DNA of 32,000 nucleotides. Origin: Desulfotalea psychrophila LSv54 (lineage in GTDB: Bacteria > Desulfobacterota > Desulfobulbia > Desulfobulbales > Desulfocapsaceae). Shown in pieces: positions 1 through 9,207 of this stretch. The stretch is from NCBI RefSeq assembly GCF_000025945.1, contig NC_006138.1, forward strand, positions 3,480,001 to 3,512,000, read 5' to 3'. A model generated the notes under the pieces. The model worked only from the letters and a program-made list of their open reading frames with translations. It was not told the origin of the DNA and did not search any database. Made by a program: the position numbers and the translations under genes. The first letter of the stretch is position 1. Each line of letters starts with the position of its first letter.

Positions 1-92
1 CTTTTACATCACTTATGGTTATCATCATGATATGAGCCTGTTGGCTTTATTTATTCAGAATAAAAAACGGACAGAGGTCAAATCTTGCCAGC

Positions 93-770
93 TCAATTCT
101 GACAACATTTACCACGAAAATCCTCCATTATCTCCTCTGCATCAATCTGCTTTGGCAGATGACAATACAATATTTTCGACAAATTCGCCCAACTTTCACT
201 CTTTATACAGTCCACAAGATCATCGTCCAGCAGCTTGCGAAACATCTTTTGGTTATGACCAACATCAAGGCCCGCCGCAAGTGCTTTTTTACGGATGATG
301 GCAAGCAAACAGAGACTGTACTCATACTCATCACCAAACTCATCCTCAAGCTTTTGCCGAATAAAACGGGAAAAGGCAGGGCTGCCGCCGTCGGTGGAAA
401 TCGCCAACTGAAAGCCTCCCCGGCAAAAATAAGCCGGTAACTGAAAATCACAGAGCTCCGGACTATCAGCACTATTGAGCAGAGCACCATACTTTCTGGC
501 ATCGGCTGCGGCCACGGCCTGCACCTCCACCTGATCGGTGGCGGCAAAAACTAAAAACGCCCCCGAGGCATCACCCTGCTGAAAGCCACGTAACAACAGC
601 TCTATCTGGCCACCACCCGCAAGCGCCTGTACCTCAGGGACAACCTCCGGAGCAACAACCCGTACCCGGGCCCCATGCTCAACAAGATTACGAATTTTTC
701 GCAGGGCAACCCGACCACCGCCAACGACAAGACAGAGCCTGCCGGCCACATTTAAATTAACAGGATACAA
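93..770 (-). CDS. Precorrin-2 dehydrogenase / sirohydrochlorin ferrochelatase-like protein (siroheme synthesis, CysG N-terminal/Met8 type)
   Basis: N-terminal MYPVNLNVAGRLCLVVGGGRVALRKIRNLVEHGARVRVVAPE is the classic NAD-binding motif of the family; includes NSADSPELCDFQLPAYFCRGGFQLAISTDGGSPAFSRFIRQKLE. Confidence 0.93.
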   Translation of the reverse strand: MYPVNLNVAGRLCLVVGGGRVALRKIRNLVEHGARVRVVAPEVVPEVQALAGGGQIELLLRGFQQGDASGAFLVFAATDQVEVQAVAAADARKYGALLNSADSPELCDFQLPAYFCRGGFQLAISTDGGSPAFSRFIRQKLEDEFGDEYEYSLCLLAIIRKKALAAGLDVGHNQKMFRKLLDDDLVDCIKSESWANLSKILYCHLPKQIDAEEIMEDFRGKCCQN

Positions 771-779
771 GAAAGACCC

Positions 780-1532
780 TTATTTCTTAAAGGTTAAACG
801 ATTAACTATAATAACAATATCCTTACCCTCTTTTTTGAATTCCTGTTTGTTTATAGCAATATCAAAATCATTTTTAGCAAGTTGAAGAAACTTCGGCAAA
901 TTTCTACGACTGGCATCATGGGCAAGCCAAATAGCTCCATCCGGCTTAAGATGCTTTTTAAACACGTTCAAGAGAGGCTCAAAAAATTCCTCTCGAAAAA
1001 CCACCTCGGCTGCGGCAAGTATATCATATTGTTTCAACTCTGGAGGGGCAAACCAATCAAACAGAGCAAAATTAACATTTGTCAGGCCTGAAGCGGCAGC
1101 GCTCACCCGTTGAAAATCAACGATCATCTCTTCATAATCAGTAATGGTAACATCCATTCCAGCGGAGGCAGCGGCAAGCCCCGGTGCACCAAGCCCTGCA
1201 CCCAATTCAAGAAGAGTCTTGCCCTGAGGTTGAGGCAGAGAGGTGAGCAGGTAGGAGAGGACAATAGCCGCGTCCCACAGACGAATCCAAAAAGGAAAAT
1301 CCGACACATCGGTATCCTGCAAGGTCTGCAAAAACTCCTGAGGATCACTCATCTTTCCCCGAAGAAATTTTTCAAGTTGGGGATTATCACCTATAAATTC
1401 ACCCAAATCGGCAATTTTAAGAAGGCGAAGGGTTTTATCTTTGACGGTGAGCTTATCAAAGGTCAAGCGATACTTCTTTTTTATTCTATTATATATCTCA
1501 CGTTCCGCATCGGGAAGATTTCGAATATCCAT
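780..1532 (-). CDS. Class I SAM-dependent methyltransferase, lysine-methyltransferase (METTL21-like) type
   Basis: GKTLLELGAGLGAPGLAAASAGMDVTITDYEEMIVDFQR plus 'YDILAAAEVVFREEFFEPLL'; start placed at internal ATG 1532 (MDIRNLPDAE) rather than the ORF-track start 1577. Confidence 0.8.
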   Translation of the reverse strand: MDIRNLPDAEREIYNRIKKKYRLTFDKLTVKDKTLRLLKIADLGEFIGDNPQLEKFLRGKMSDPQEFLQTLQDTDVSDFPFWIRLWDAAIVLSYLLTSLPQPQGKTLLELGAGLGAPGLAAASAGMDVTITDYEEMIVDFQRVSAAASGLTNVNFALFDWFAPPELKQYDILAAAEVVFREEFFEPLLNVFKKHLKPDGAIWLAHDASRRNLPKFLQLAKNDFDIAINKQEFKKEGKDIVIIVNRLTFKK

Positions 1533-1713
1533 AAATAACACCTTGAAAAATTTATAAAAATAAAAAAATAACACCAATAATCATGAAGGCTACAGGAAGA
1601 GTAATACCCAAACCACTGTAATTTATTTTCCCTATTAGCTCCGGGAAGAAAATTTATGACATAAGCTGAAATGCCAGAAACAACTCAAGCCACGGCCCTC
1701 TTCAATAATTCAC

Positions 1714-1746
1714 AAAAAAAGGCCGGCTGAATAAAAAACAGCCGGC
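1714..1746 (-). terminator. Rho-independent terminator downstream of the TlpA-like gene
   Basis: 8-bp perfect stem GCCGGCTG/CAGCCGGC (1722-1729 with 1739-1746); on the minus strand followed by C then TTTTTTT. Confidence 0.75.
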
Positions 1747-1809
1747 GAGGCAAAATACATAAGTTATGTTGTTCTGTCAATTTAAGGCTAGGGAAGGATC
1801 AATAGCTTT

Positions 1810-2313
1810 CTAGAGAAGGGGGATAATATCTTTTTCAAGCTGCTCTTCGGGAACATATCCTGTGTAACGCTTAACAACATTCCCCAGACGATTAACCAAA
1901 AAGCCAACGGGAATACCATAAATTCCGCCGAAATCACGCATTACCTGCTGATCAGCCATGAGTACAGGGTAGTTAATTCCCTTGCTACTGACAAAATCTT
2001 TTACCTTACTTACCCCCACCTGATCAACCGAGAGAGCTACTACCGAAAACCCCTTTTCCACAAAGTTTTTTTGTAACTTTATAAGACTATCCACCTCCTG
2101 TATGCAGGGAGGACACCAGGTGGCAAAAAAAGTTACCAGCAAAACATTACCGGTAAAAGCCTTGCTTTCCACCAGCGAGTTATCAACAGCACTCTGCAAG
2201 CTAAAGGATGGCATTTTAACATTTGCCTGCGCAGGCCCAGCTACTAGGAAGAAAAACATCAGAGCTACAAACAAAAATTGGCCTTGCAAACGGATATGTT
2301 TTTTTTTCATCAT
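1810..2313 (-). CDS. TlpA/ResA-family thiol-disulfide oxidoreductase, exported
   Basis: Signal-like N-terminus and thioredoxin motif 'FFATWCPPCIQEVDSLIKL', cis-Pro region 'YGIPVGFLVNRLGNVVKRYTGYV'. Confidence 0.9.
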   Translation of the reverse strand: MMKKKHIRLQGQFLFVALMFFFLVAGPAQANVKMPSFSLQSAVDNSLVESKAFTGNVLLVTFFATWCPPCIQEVDSLIKLQKNFVEKGFSVVALSVDQVGVSKVKDFVSSKGINYPVLMADQQVMRDFGGIYGIPVGFLVNRLGNVVKRYTGYVPEEQLEKDIIPLL

Positions 2314-2449
2314 GTCTCCAGAGGTGATTTCAAAAACAGAATTAATATGGTATCTTCTTTGCTGAAGTGTATCACAAGCTAATAAATTCAGTAGATTTGC
2401 CTTTAAAATAGCATATTAACCTTCTAACTTTTTAGACCTCTCCAACAAC

Positions 2450-3451
2450 ATGCATAATCTGCCAAAGTTGCTCAAAAAGTTCATGTCTCTACGCACCAGT
2501 TACCTTTCCTGTATTTTCACCCTGATATTGCTCTCGCCTCTTCAGGCTCAAGTGATCGATAAAGTCGTTGCAGTGGTAAACAATGAAGTGATAACTCTCT
2601 CAGAACTTAATGCAGAGACAGCAGAGATCAAGCATAAAATTACCGAAACAGCTCCAGCTGACCAACAGGAAGAGGCCATGGCAGAGGCCAGAGAGGGAGC
2701 TCTCAACTCTATTATAGACAAAAAGCTTATTGCCCAAAAGGCAAAAGAGGCACGAGTATTCGTCAGCGATGAAGAGGTGGAGGGAACCATAGCGGGCATA
2801 CAAAAACGAGCGAGCCTGAGCCGTGAACAGTTTATCGAAGAGCTCAAAAAATCTGGCCTTTCATTCAACACCTATCAAAACAACATACGCAGCCAACTAC
2901 TCCAACGTAAAGTCATCAACTATGATATTCGTTCTAAAATTGTTATTCCGGAATCTCAAATTCGCGAATACTACGAAAAAGAATATACCATAAATGCCCA
3001 AGATGGGGAATACTACCTCTTGCAAATTGGTTTTGACTGGGACAAAGAAGAGGCCGGAAGCAAGGAGAAGACACTCCAATTTGCCAAAAGAATACATGCA
3101 ATTGCAGTAAAGGGACAGGACTTCGGTGCCCTTGCCGAAAAATACTCTACCCTCCCCTCAGCAAAAGACAGAGGAGATATTGGTTTTTTCGCCATCGATG
3201 ATATGAGCGAGAACATGGCCCGGGCCATCTCGCCACTCAAGCCAGGAGAGGTGAGTAATATCATCGAAAGCCCTGCTGGTTATCAATTTTTCAAAGTTTT
3301 GAGCGGAGATCAAAATAACAGCATAAGCAAAGCGCCTTACGCCACAGTAAAAGAGGTCATACAGGCAAAACTTTTTGAAATCCAAATGCAAAAAGATTTT
3401 TCCTCCTGGGTTAAGGAGCTTAAAGAAAACGCCTACATTCAAAAACTTTAA
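2450..3451 (+). CDS. SurA-like periplasmic peptidyl-prolyl isomerase/chaperone
   Basis: Signal sequence then 'IDKVVAVVNNEVITLSELNAE' (SurA N-terminal) and a parvulin domain '...FGALAEKYSTLPSAKDRGDIGFFAIDDMSENMARAISPLKPGEVSNIIESPAGYQFFKV'. Confidence 0.92.
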   Translation: MHNLPKLLKKFMSLRTSYLSCIFTLILLSPLQAQVIDKVVAVVNNEVITLSELNAETAEIKHKITETAPADQQEEAMAEAREGALNSIIDKKLIAQKAKEARVFVSDEEVEGTIAGIQKRASLSREQFIEELKKSGLSFNTYQNNIRSQLLQRKVINYDIRSKIVIPESQIREYYEKEYTINAQDGEYYLLQIGFDWDKEEAGSKEKTLQFAKRIHAIAVKGQDFGALAEKYSTLPSAKDRGDIGFFAIDDMSENMARAISPLKPGEVSNIIESPAGYQFFKVLSGDQNNSISKAPYATVKEVIQAKLFEIQMQKDFSSWVKELKENAYIQKL

Positions 3452-3636
3452 ATCATTAAACAAATGGTAGTTTGAATAATTGGCCCTGCCGATAAGAAGT
3501 GGCCCCATCTGCGAGGCATACTAAACATCGTTAAGATAAAAGCCTACGCTTACCTTCGAGGATACTTTACTATAGGGTAGGAATTTGCTGAGAAGGCCTT
3601 TTTCAAGGTTCCATAAAAATTATAGGGTAGCACCAT

Positions 3637-4269
3637 ATGTCAGAAGCTCAAACACAGGATGAAACACTGGGAGACGTTCTGCGCAAAACACGAATCAATC
3701 GTGGACTCAGCGTCGAAGAGATCTCTGGCAGCACAAAAATTTCCACCAAAACCATCCGGGCAATGGAGGAGGATGACTACGAACAACTGCCATCGCCAGC
3801 CTTCACCCATGGTTTTTATGGCCTCTATGCCAAAAAATTAGGCCTGGGAGCAGAAGAAATCCAAGGACAGTACAAGAGAGAGTCCAAGCAGCAAACAGGG
3901 AAACAACTTCCCCCGCAGCATCTGGCAAAGGACATAGGGGCAATGGCAGAGCGACCCCTGATTCCACTTTTCTCTATCTTTGGTTTTTCGCTCCTTCTAC
4001 TTCTGTTCGTTTTCGTTATCTTCTCCTGGTTTTTTTCCTGGAATCCTGCTGATTTTCTCAGCAAGCAGTTAAGAAGCCTGGATGAAAGTCCTATTGTCCA
4101 AATAGACAGGGCAACACCAACCCATCCGCTTTTAGATAAGCTGGCCGAGCCAAAAGAGCTCTCTTACAGCAAACCCTTATCACTGCATTCGACCATCAAC
4201 ACCTTTCCTGTTCAGTATAAGACGGAAAATAGTTCAATCAATTTTGTCAGCCAAGGGTTCTTCAGCTAG
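3637..4269 (+). CDS. RodZ-like protein: N-terminal helix-turn-helix domain plus transmembrane helix
   Basis: 'LGDVLRKTRINRGLSVEEISGSTKISTKTIRAMEEDDYEQLPSPAFTHGFYGLYAKKLGL' is the RodZ/YfgA-type HTH_25 signature, followed by TM 'LIPLFSIFGFSLLLLLFVFVIF'. Confidence 0.82.
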   Translation: MSEAQTQDETLGDVLRKTRINRGLSVEEISGSTKISTKTIRAMEEDDYEQLPSPAFTHGFYGLYAKKLGLGAEEIQGQYKRESKQQTGKQLPPQHLAKDIGAMAERPLIPLFSIFGFSLLLLLFVFVIFSWFFSWNPADFLSKQLRSLDESPIVQIDRATPTHPLLDKLAEPKELSYSKPLSLHSTINTFPVQYKTENSSINFVSQGFFS

Positions 4270-4284
4270 ATAGAGCACTACGAG

Positions 4285-4310
4285 AAAGAAGACACCAAGG
4301 TGTCTTCTTT
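4285..4310. terminator. Stem-loop between convergent rodZ-like and birA-like genes, possibly bidirectional terminator
   Basis: 12-bp near-palindrome AAAGAAGACACC-AA-GGTGTCTTCTTT in the convergent gap; only a short T tract on either side. Confidence 0.6.
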
Positions 4311-4338
4311 TATGAAAAAAGGAAGGGCAGAGACAGGC

Positions 4339-5265
4339 CTAGAGATAACGTACCTCACCGCTATACTCTGTTTTCAGATAACCGTCGGCAAGGCGAAGCA
4401 CAAGTCCACCCATCTCATCAATTGCAACAATTTTCGCCTCATACTGAGGGGAAATCATCACATCAAAACCATAAACAACACGCTTGCCAACGGTGTCAGT
4501 AAGTGCCAAAAACCGCTCTAAAAGCAGATGACGCCCCTGCTCACCGGAGTAGCGTTCCTCCCTGAGAAATTTTTCTTCTTCAAAGTAGAGCAGACCCATA
4601 TTCCAGGCAAGCCTGGCAAGAAATTTTTCTGTAAAAGTAGAGAGATCCACATCCTCTCCCAGGCAAGCCGACAGAGAACCGGCAATAGCCTCTAACTCAG
4701 GGGGGAATAACCTGTTGTTGACGTTAATACCAAAACCAACAAGATTAAACACCTCCCCCGAAAGAGGGGCCGTATAGGACTCTATCAAAAATCCGGCAAG
4801 CTTTTTGCCCATATAGAGGACATCATTAACCCAACGAAGAGCGGCACTCTCAAGACCATATGACCGCATCGTCTCACAACAGGCAAGGCCCACGGCAAAG
4901 GGAATAAACTGTCGAGATTGTGGCAAAAGGGTATTGGCATGAAGCATACATCCCCAAACTCCACCCTGTGGAGCGTGCCAAGATCTGGTGAATCGCCCCT
5001 TGGTCCCCGTCATACTATCCGCCAAAATCACCAGGCCTGAAGCAACAGAGCTCCCCCGTTGATCATGAAGATTAATATGGTTGCGACCTTCATCCATTGC
5101 CCGAGACAGGTTAGAATAACAGTCGATTTTAGCGCCAACAAAACCGCCATACCGACTCACCAGAAGACCGTGGTCAACACCGAGAGAAGAACGTTCCGCC
5201 TCCCGCATAAGGGCTGCCTTCACACCTGCTACTGTAGGAAAATTTTCAATCATAATATATAACAA
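4339..5265 (-). CDS. BirA-like biotin (or lipoate-family) protein ligase lacking an HTH domain, divergent catalytic motif
   Basis: 'GTKGRFTRSWHAPQGGVWGCM', 'LRWVNDVLYMGKKLAGFLIE', 'LVGFGINVNN' match the biotin-protein ligase core; no N-terminal DNA-binding region. In-frame ATG at MIENFP is an alternative start. Confidence 0.85.
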   Translation of the reverse strand: MLYIMIENFPTVAGVKAALMREAERSSLGVDHGLLVSRYGGFVGAKIDCYSNLSRAMDEGRNHINLHDQRGSSVASGLVILADSMTGTKGRFTRSWHAPQGGVWGCMLHANTLLPQSRQFIPFAVGLACCETMRSYGLESAALRWVNDVLYMGKKLAGFLIESYTAPLSGEVFNLVGFGINVNNRLFPPELEAIAGSLSACLGEDVDLSTFTEKFLARLAWNMGLLYFEEEKFLREERYSGEQGRHLLLERFLALTDTVGKRVVYGFDVMISPQYEAKIVAIDEMGGLVLRLADGYLKTEYSGEVRYL

Positions 5266-5321
5266 GGGCCAGTCTATAGAAATAAACCGGCCCTAAAGAG
5301 AAAAAAGTGAAAAGGTTATGA

Positions 5322-5972
5322 CTAATTATCCCAGTCTGCCTTCACCTTGGTAATAATCTTCTCGATAAGTGGCAATTTCTCCGTAGGACAGATACCAATA
5401 AGCGGTTCACCCTGAGCAACAGAGACCCCTGGTTTAAAATAAACCGAGTGAATAACGCCACGCTCGCCGGTATAGCAGACGGGGGTATCACGCTTCATCA
5501 AAGACATGGTTATAATTTCTTCGCCAGGCTCCACCACTACTGCCTTCTGGTCCTTTTTGTCGATCCGGGCCTGGATATCAAGGGAGAAAAAATATTTCGC
5601 ACTCTCTGGAGCAGGAAAGAGATAAAGCACCTCCTTAAGAATATTCTCTATAATCTCTTTTTTCTTAAGTGGATGTTTAATCGTTAACAGTTTTTCTCCA
5701 GCCTCAACAAACTGACCATCAAGCTCTGCATGTACCTCGGAGACAATGCCATTAGTTGCGGCTGCAACCTTTTTAGGATTACGCTCACGATTAATTTCAT
5801 ACAGAGGTGTTCCCGGCACCTGAAGCCACTGTCCCGAAGGAGCATCAACCTCATCACCGACCCCAACTTGGAATTTTACAAGACCGGTATGTATGGCATA
5901 AATATCAACATAATCGTAGGGATCAGAATGATATTTTGCTAAGAGTTCATCAAAATCTATTTCATTAGACAT
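5322..5972 (-). CDS. Biotin/lipoyl attachment-domain-like protein with two hammerhead-type segments
   Basis: 'ATNGIVSEVHAELDGQFVEAGEKLLTIKHPL' and 'VVVEPGEEIITMSLMKRDTPVCYTGERGVIHSVYFKPGVSVAQGEPLIGI' resemble biotinyl/lipoyl domains; adjacent to the BirA-like gene. Confidence 0.7.
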   Translation of the reverse strand: MSNEIDFDELLAKYHSDPYDYVDIYAIHTGLVKFQVGVGDEVDAPSGQWLQVPGTPLYEINRERNPKKVAAATNGIVSEVHAELDGQFVEAGEKLLTIKHPLKKKEIIENILKEVLYLFPAPESAKYFFSLDIQARIDKKDQKAVVVEPGEEIITMSLMKRDTPVCYTGERGVIHSVYFKPGVSVAQGEPLIGICPTEKLPLIEKIITKVKADWDN

Positions 5973-6216
5973 GGTAAGAAAGGCTCCTTATTGTAGCTAT
6001 GCTGTCTCTATAAAATTTCTGTTATTATGCTAATATGACAATATCAAAAAAAAAATCCCAAGACAATCAATCCGTAGAAACAGACATAACATATTATTTT
6101 CATGCACAGGCAAAAACAAAGGGTTTATACTTAGATATAGGATTCATGGCAATATTTATATTTAACCAATCTATTTAATACTATTGTAATAAAAATAACA
6201 AAAACAAACTATTACG

Positions 6217-8550
6217 ATGAAAAAAATATCTGTTTTTTTAATTTTGGCGAGCATCTTACTCGGCCTATTCTACCTCTGTCTCCTCATGCCCTCCATGGCC
6301 AACAGTATCATCAGCCAAGCCCTTGGAGACCTGCCCCTGCACTACAGAGAGGTACAGATAGACCAAATTTCTCCATGGAGGACTATTGCCAGAATAAAAA
6401 TGGGCTCAACGAAAAATAATATTTCCATTACCCGCCTGGAAGTCAACTATTCCCCGTCATCTCTTCTCAAAAAACAGATAAAAAACCTCACGATCGACGG
6501 CCTGCAGGCCCAAGGCGATATCTCAACACTACAAAAATATTTTAACAAGAAACAGCCCGACAAAACATCCCAAACCAATTTTTTACAAAACATTCCCCTG
6601 AGCCTGCAAAACATCACCCTAAAAAACGCCACCGTCCAGCTCAAGCAGGGCAAGAGGCTGATCAATATCGGACTTAAGGCAGAGATAGAGCTCCACACAG
6701 AGCAAGATCCCCAGGGCGGACACAGAGTGGTGAGAATGGATGCCCGCACGACTATCCAAGGGGATATCAACACCTCCATAGAGGCAATACTCAACCAGGA
6801 GATAAATGGCTACAGGTTGCAGATAAATGCCGGCTCTCACCTGAACAATTTACGAGAGTGCTCCCTGCCAGAGATGCAGGGAGAGGCAGAGCTGGAAACA
6901 GACATCCTTCTATCAGCAGACCTCAAGCAAATAAAACATCTTCAGACAGACCTACGCTGTTCAGGATTCATCCTGCACACAGATCAGCTCTCACTCCGCT
7001 CCAGTAACGACGCCCCACTGCACCTCAGTCTAAAAAAGGACGCGCAGGGCATAGACTACCAACTCACAGGCCTGCATCTTGAGAAGCCTTTCCCCATGGA
7101 AATAAAGAGCAGCGGTCATGCGACAGGGACAATGGCCATCACGGGGCAACTATCATTTCCCCATGATCCCCGGATAATAAAATATTTCCTCCAGGGTACA
7201 GGTAAAAAAATTAAAGGCCGGATTACAGGCAGGCTACCACGAACTGCCCTCGGAAACAATATAGAGACCTCACCATTTTCTCTGGATATCTCGACAAAGA
7301 TGGTGGAAAAGGAGATGACGGCCACAGCAGAATTCTCCCTGGCCAGACTCACCATGAAAAGAGAGCAGATTGCCCTTACTAACATCCTGATAGAACAGAA
7401 GTTCACCAAGAAGGGACAGGGGGGTATCCAGATATCCGGCCTCTTTGCAGGAACAGCCAAATACCGGGGTGAGAGACTACTTCACCTCTCCGGCACCAAT
7501 AGCCAGCTTGAGACCAAGGGCAAGGTCCAACTGAGTGCCACGAGCCCACTGCTCGCGACCAGAGCAATCCGCTGTTCTGCCAACTATCAGGGCAATCCAA
7601 CGACCGGGACCGAACTCGACTGCTCGCTTAAAAACGCAACCATAACAGAGAGCAGGCTCCCGGCCACCCTCCAAGAGAAACTTCCTGCGGACCTCTCCTT
7701 TTCCGGGGTAGTCTCCGCTCGGCTACATATGAAAAAACAGGTAGGCTTCAGTGGCACAGCCTCGCTTAATTTAAAAGGGGGGCAAATAGACCTTGGCGAC
7801 AGCCTCCAACTCAAGGGAATCAGCACCCAGCTCATCTTTACCAAGCTGCCCCTCATGCAAAGCCTGCCCAGTCAATCACTTAAGGCCAAAGAGATAAGGG
7901 CAGGCTCCTTCGAGGCTAAAAAGATAGATATCGCCTACCGCATCGAAGACCTCTCCTCCATCTTTATCGAGCAAGGTTCTTTCAACTGGTGCGGCGGCAG
8001 AGTAGAGAGTAACAGCCTCACACTCAATAAAGAAAAGAAAAACTACCAACTCACCCTCTACTGTGACCGCCTTGGCTTCACCGACCTACTCAAACAGATA
8101 GGTATGCCCAACGCCGAAGGGACAGGCACCTTAAGCGGCCGCATCCCCCTAGAGTGGAAGAAGAAGAGCCTCTTTTTCAACGACGGATTTCTCTCCTCAA
8201 GTCCCGGTGACAGTGGTAGAGTAAAATTTAGCAATACCGACAGGCTACGCCAGTCCCTGGGAGAGATAACAAATACCAGCTATCTCGACTATTCCATGAC
8301 TGCAATTGAGAATTTTCATTACAACTGGACAACATTATCTTTTAACTCGGTCAAAGATGACCTGGTAATAGCCATGCAGCTCGATGGCAAGCCCGCAATA
8401 CCTTTGCCTTATGCCTATAAAAACGGTAAACTTATTCGTTCAACGAAGGGCAGTGGCTTGCAACACCCCGTACACTTTGACGTCAATTTCCACCTGCCCT
8501 TAATGGAGGTGCTCCACTATGGCAAAAACTTTCAATCTCTTATGGAGTAA
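6217..8550 (+). CDS. YdbH-like large AsmA/TamB-type envelope protein
   Basis: Single N-terminal TM followed by a long beta-rich repetitive sequence ('LKNLTIDGLQAQGDISTLQKYF', C-terminal 'HPVHFDVNFHLPLMEVLHYGKNFQSLM'); followed by small lipoprotein and DUF1318-like genes exactly as in ydbH-ynbE-ydbL. Confidence 0.8.
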   Translation: MKKISVFLILASILLGLFYLCLLMPSMANSIISQALGDLPLHYREVQIDQISPWRTIARIKMGSTKNNISITRLEVNYSPSSLLKKQIKNLTIDGLQAQGDISTLQKYFNKKQPDKTSQTNFLQNIPLSLQNITLKNATVQLKQGKRLINIGLKAEIELHTEQDPQGGHRVVRMDARTTIQGDINTSIEAILNQEINGYRLQINAGSHLNNLRECSLPEMQGEAELETDILLSADLKQIKHLQTDLRCSGFILHTDQLSLRSSNDAPLHLSLKKDAQGIDYQLTGLHLEKPFPMEIKSSGHATGTMAITGQLSFPHDPRIIKYFLQGTGKKIKGRITGRLPRTALGNNIETSPFSLDISTKMVEKEMTATAEFSLARLTMKREQIALTNILIEQKFTKKGQGGIQISGLFAGTAKYRGERLLHLSGTNSQLETKGKVQLSATSPLLATRAIRCSANYQGNPTTGTELDCSLKNATITESRLPATLQEKLPADLSFSGVVSARLHMKKQVGFSGTASLNLKGGQIDLGDSLQLKGISTQLIFTKLPLMQSLPSQSLKAKEIRAGSFEAKKIDIAYRIEDLSSIFIEQGSFNWCGGRVESNSLTLNKEKKNYQLTLYCDRLGFTDLLKQIGMPNAEGTGTLSGRIPLEWKKKSLFFNDGFLSSSPGDSGRVKFSNTDRLRQSLGEITNTSYLDYSMTAIENFHYNWTTLSFNSVKDDLVIAMQLDGKPAIPLPYAYKNGKLIRSTKGSGLQHPVHFDVNFHLPLMEVLHYGKNFQSLME

Positions 8551-8750
8551 TGAAGATGAGTCGATACCAAAAAACACTGACCCTATTACTGCTTGGCTGC
8601 TTCTTGACCCTACAGGCCTGCACTCAACATCAAATTGAGGTCAAGCCATTAGAAATAAAACCCATCCACATCACAATAGATGTCAATATCAAAGTCGATA
8701 GAGCCCTTGATAATTTCTTTGGCGATCTCGATAAGATCGAAAAAGAGTAA
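8550..8750 (+). CDS. YnbE-like small outer-membrane lipoprotein
   Basis: Lipobox 'LLLLGCFLTLQAC', then 'HQIEVKPLEIKPIHITIDVNIKVDRALDNFFGDLDKIE'; start overlaps the ydbH-like stop (TAATG). Confidence 0.85.
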   Translation: MKMSRYQKTLTLLLLGCFLTLQACTQHQIEVKPLEIKPIHITIDVNIKVDRALDNFFGDLDKIEKE

Positions 8751-8775
8751 ACTCAAAATTATAAGGAGGTTTTTC

Positions 8776-9156
8776 ATGCAAAGCTTACGTCAAAATTTCT
8801 CTTACCTGTTCCTGCTCTGCTGTCTGGTCCTGGCAAGCTCTCCAAGCCAGGCTGCTTCGGCCCAGGATATCCAAAATAGAATGCGCACGCGAATCCCTGC
8901 CATCACCGACCTGAAAGACTTAGGCATCGTTGGCGAAAGTAATAGGGGGCTACTCGAGTATCGCAGTCAAAAAAGGACTCATGCCGCTATTGTCACAGCG
9001 GAGAACAAGGATCGCCAGCTGGTCTACAGGGCCATTGGCAAACAGCAGGGTGTTTCCCCAAATCTTGTTGGCAAAAGACGAGCAATAACTATTGCCGAAA
9101 GAGGCACAAAAGGTCATATTTTCCAAAACGCCAATGGCAGTTGGTATAGAAAATAA
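8776..9156 (+). CDS. YdbL-like (DUF1318) exported protein
   Basis: Signal peptide MQSLRQNFSYLFLLCCLVLASSPSQA; 'QDIQNRMRTRIPAITDLKDLGIVGESNRGLLEY' and 'RAITIAERGTKGHIFQNANGSWYRK'. Start at 8776 with AAGGAGG upstream (ORF-track start 8680 overlaps ynbE-like gene). Confidence 0.85.
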   Translation: MQSLRQNFSYLFLLCCLVLASSPSQAASAQDIQNRMRTRIPAITDLKDLGIVGESNRGLLEYRSQKRTHAAIVTAENKDRQLVYRAIGKQQGVSPNLVGKRRAITIAERGTKGHIFQNANGSWYRK

Positions 9157-9207
9157 CAAAGAGGCCCCTGCAACACGAAACCTATTAATTTTACGTAAAA
9201 CAGATCC

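Noticed and set aside
32-298. 88-aa plus-strand ORF at the window start
   Set aside because: It overlaps the well-supported minus-strand siroheme gene and has no motif.
1110-1538. 142-aa plus-strand ORF
   Set aside because: It is antisense to the methyltransferase gene with a confident SAM-binding motif; a shadow ORF.
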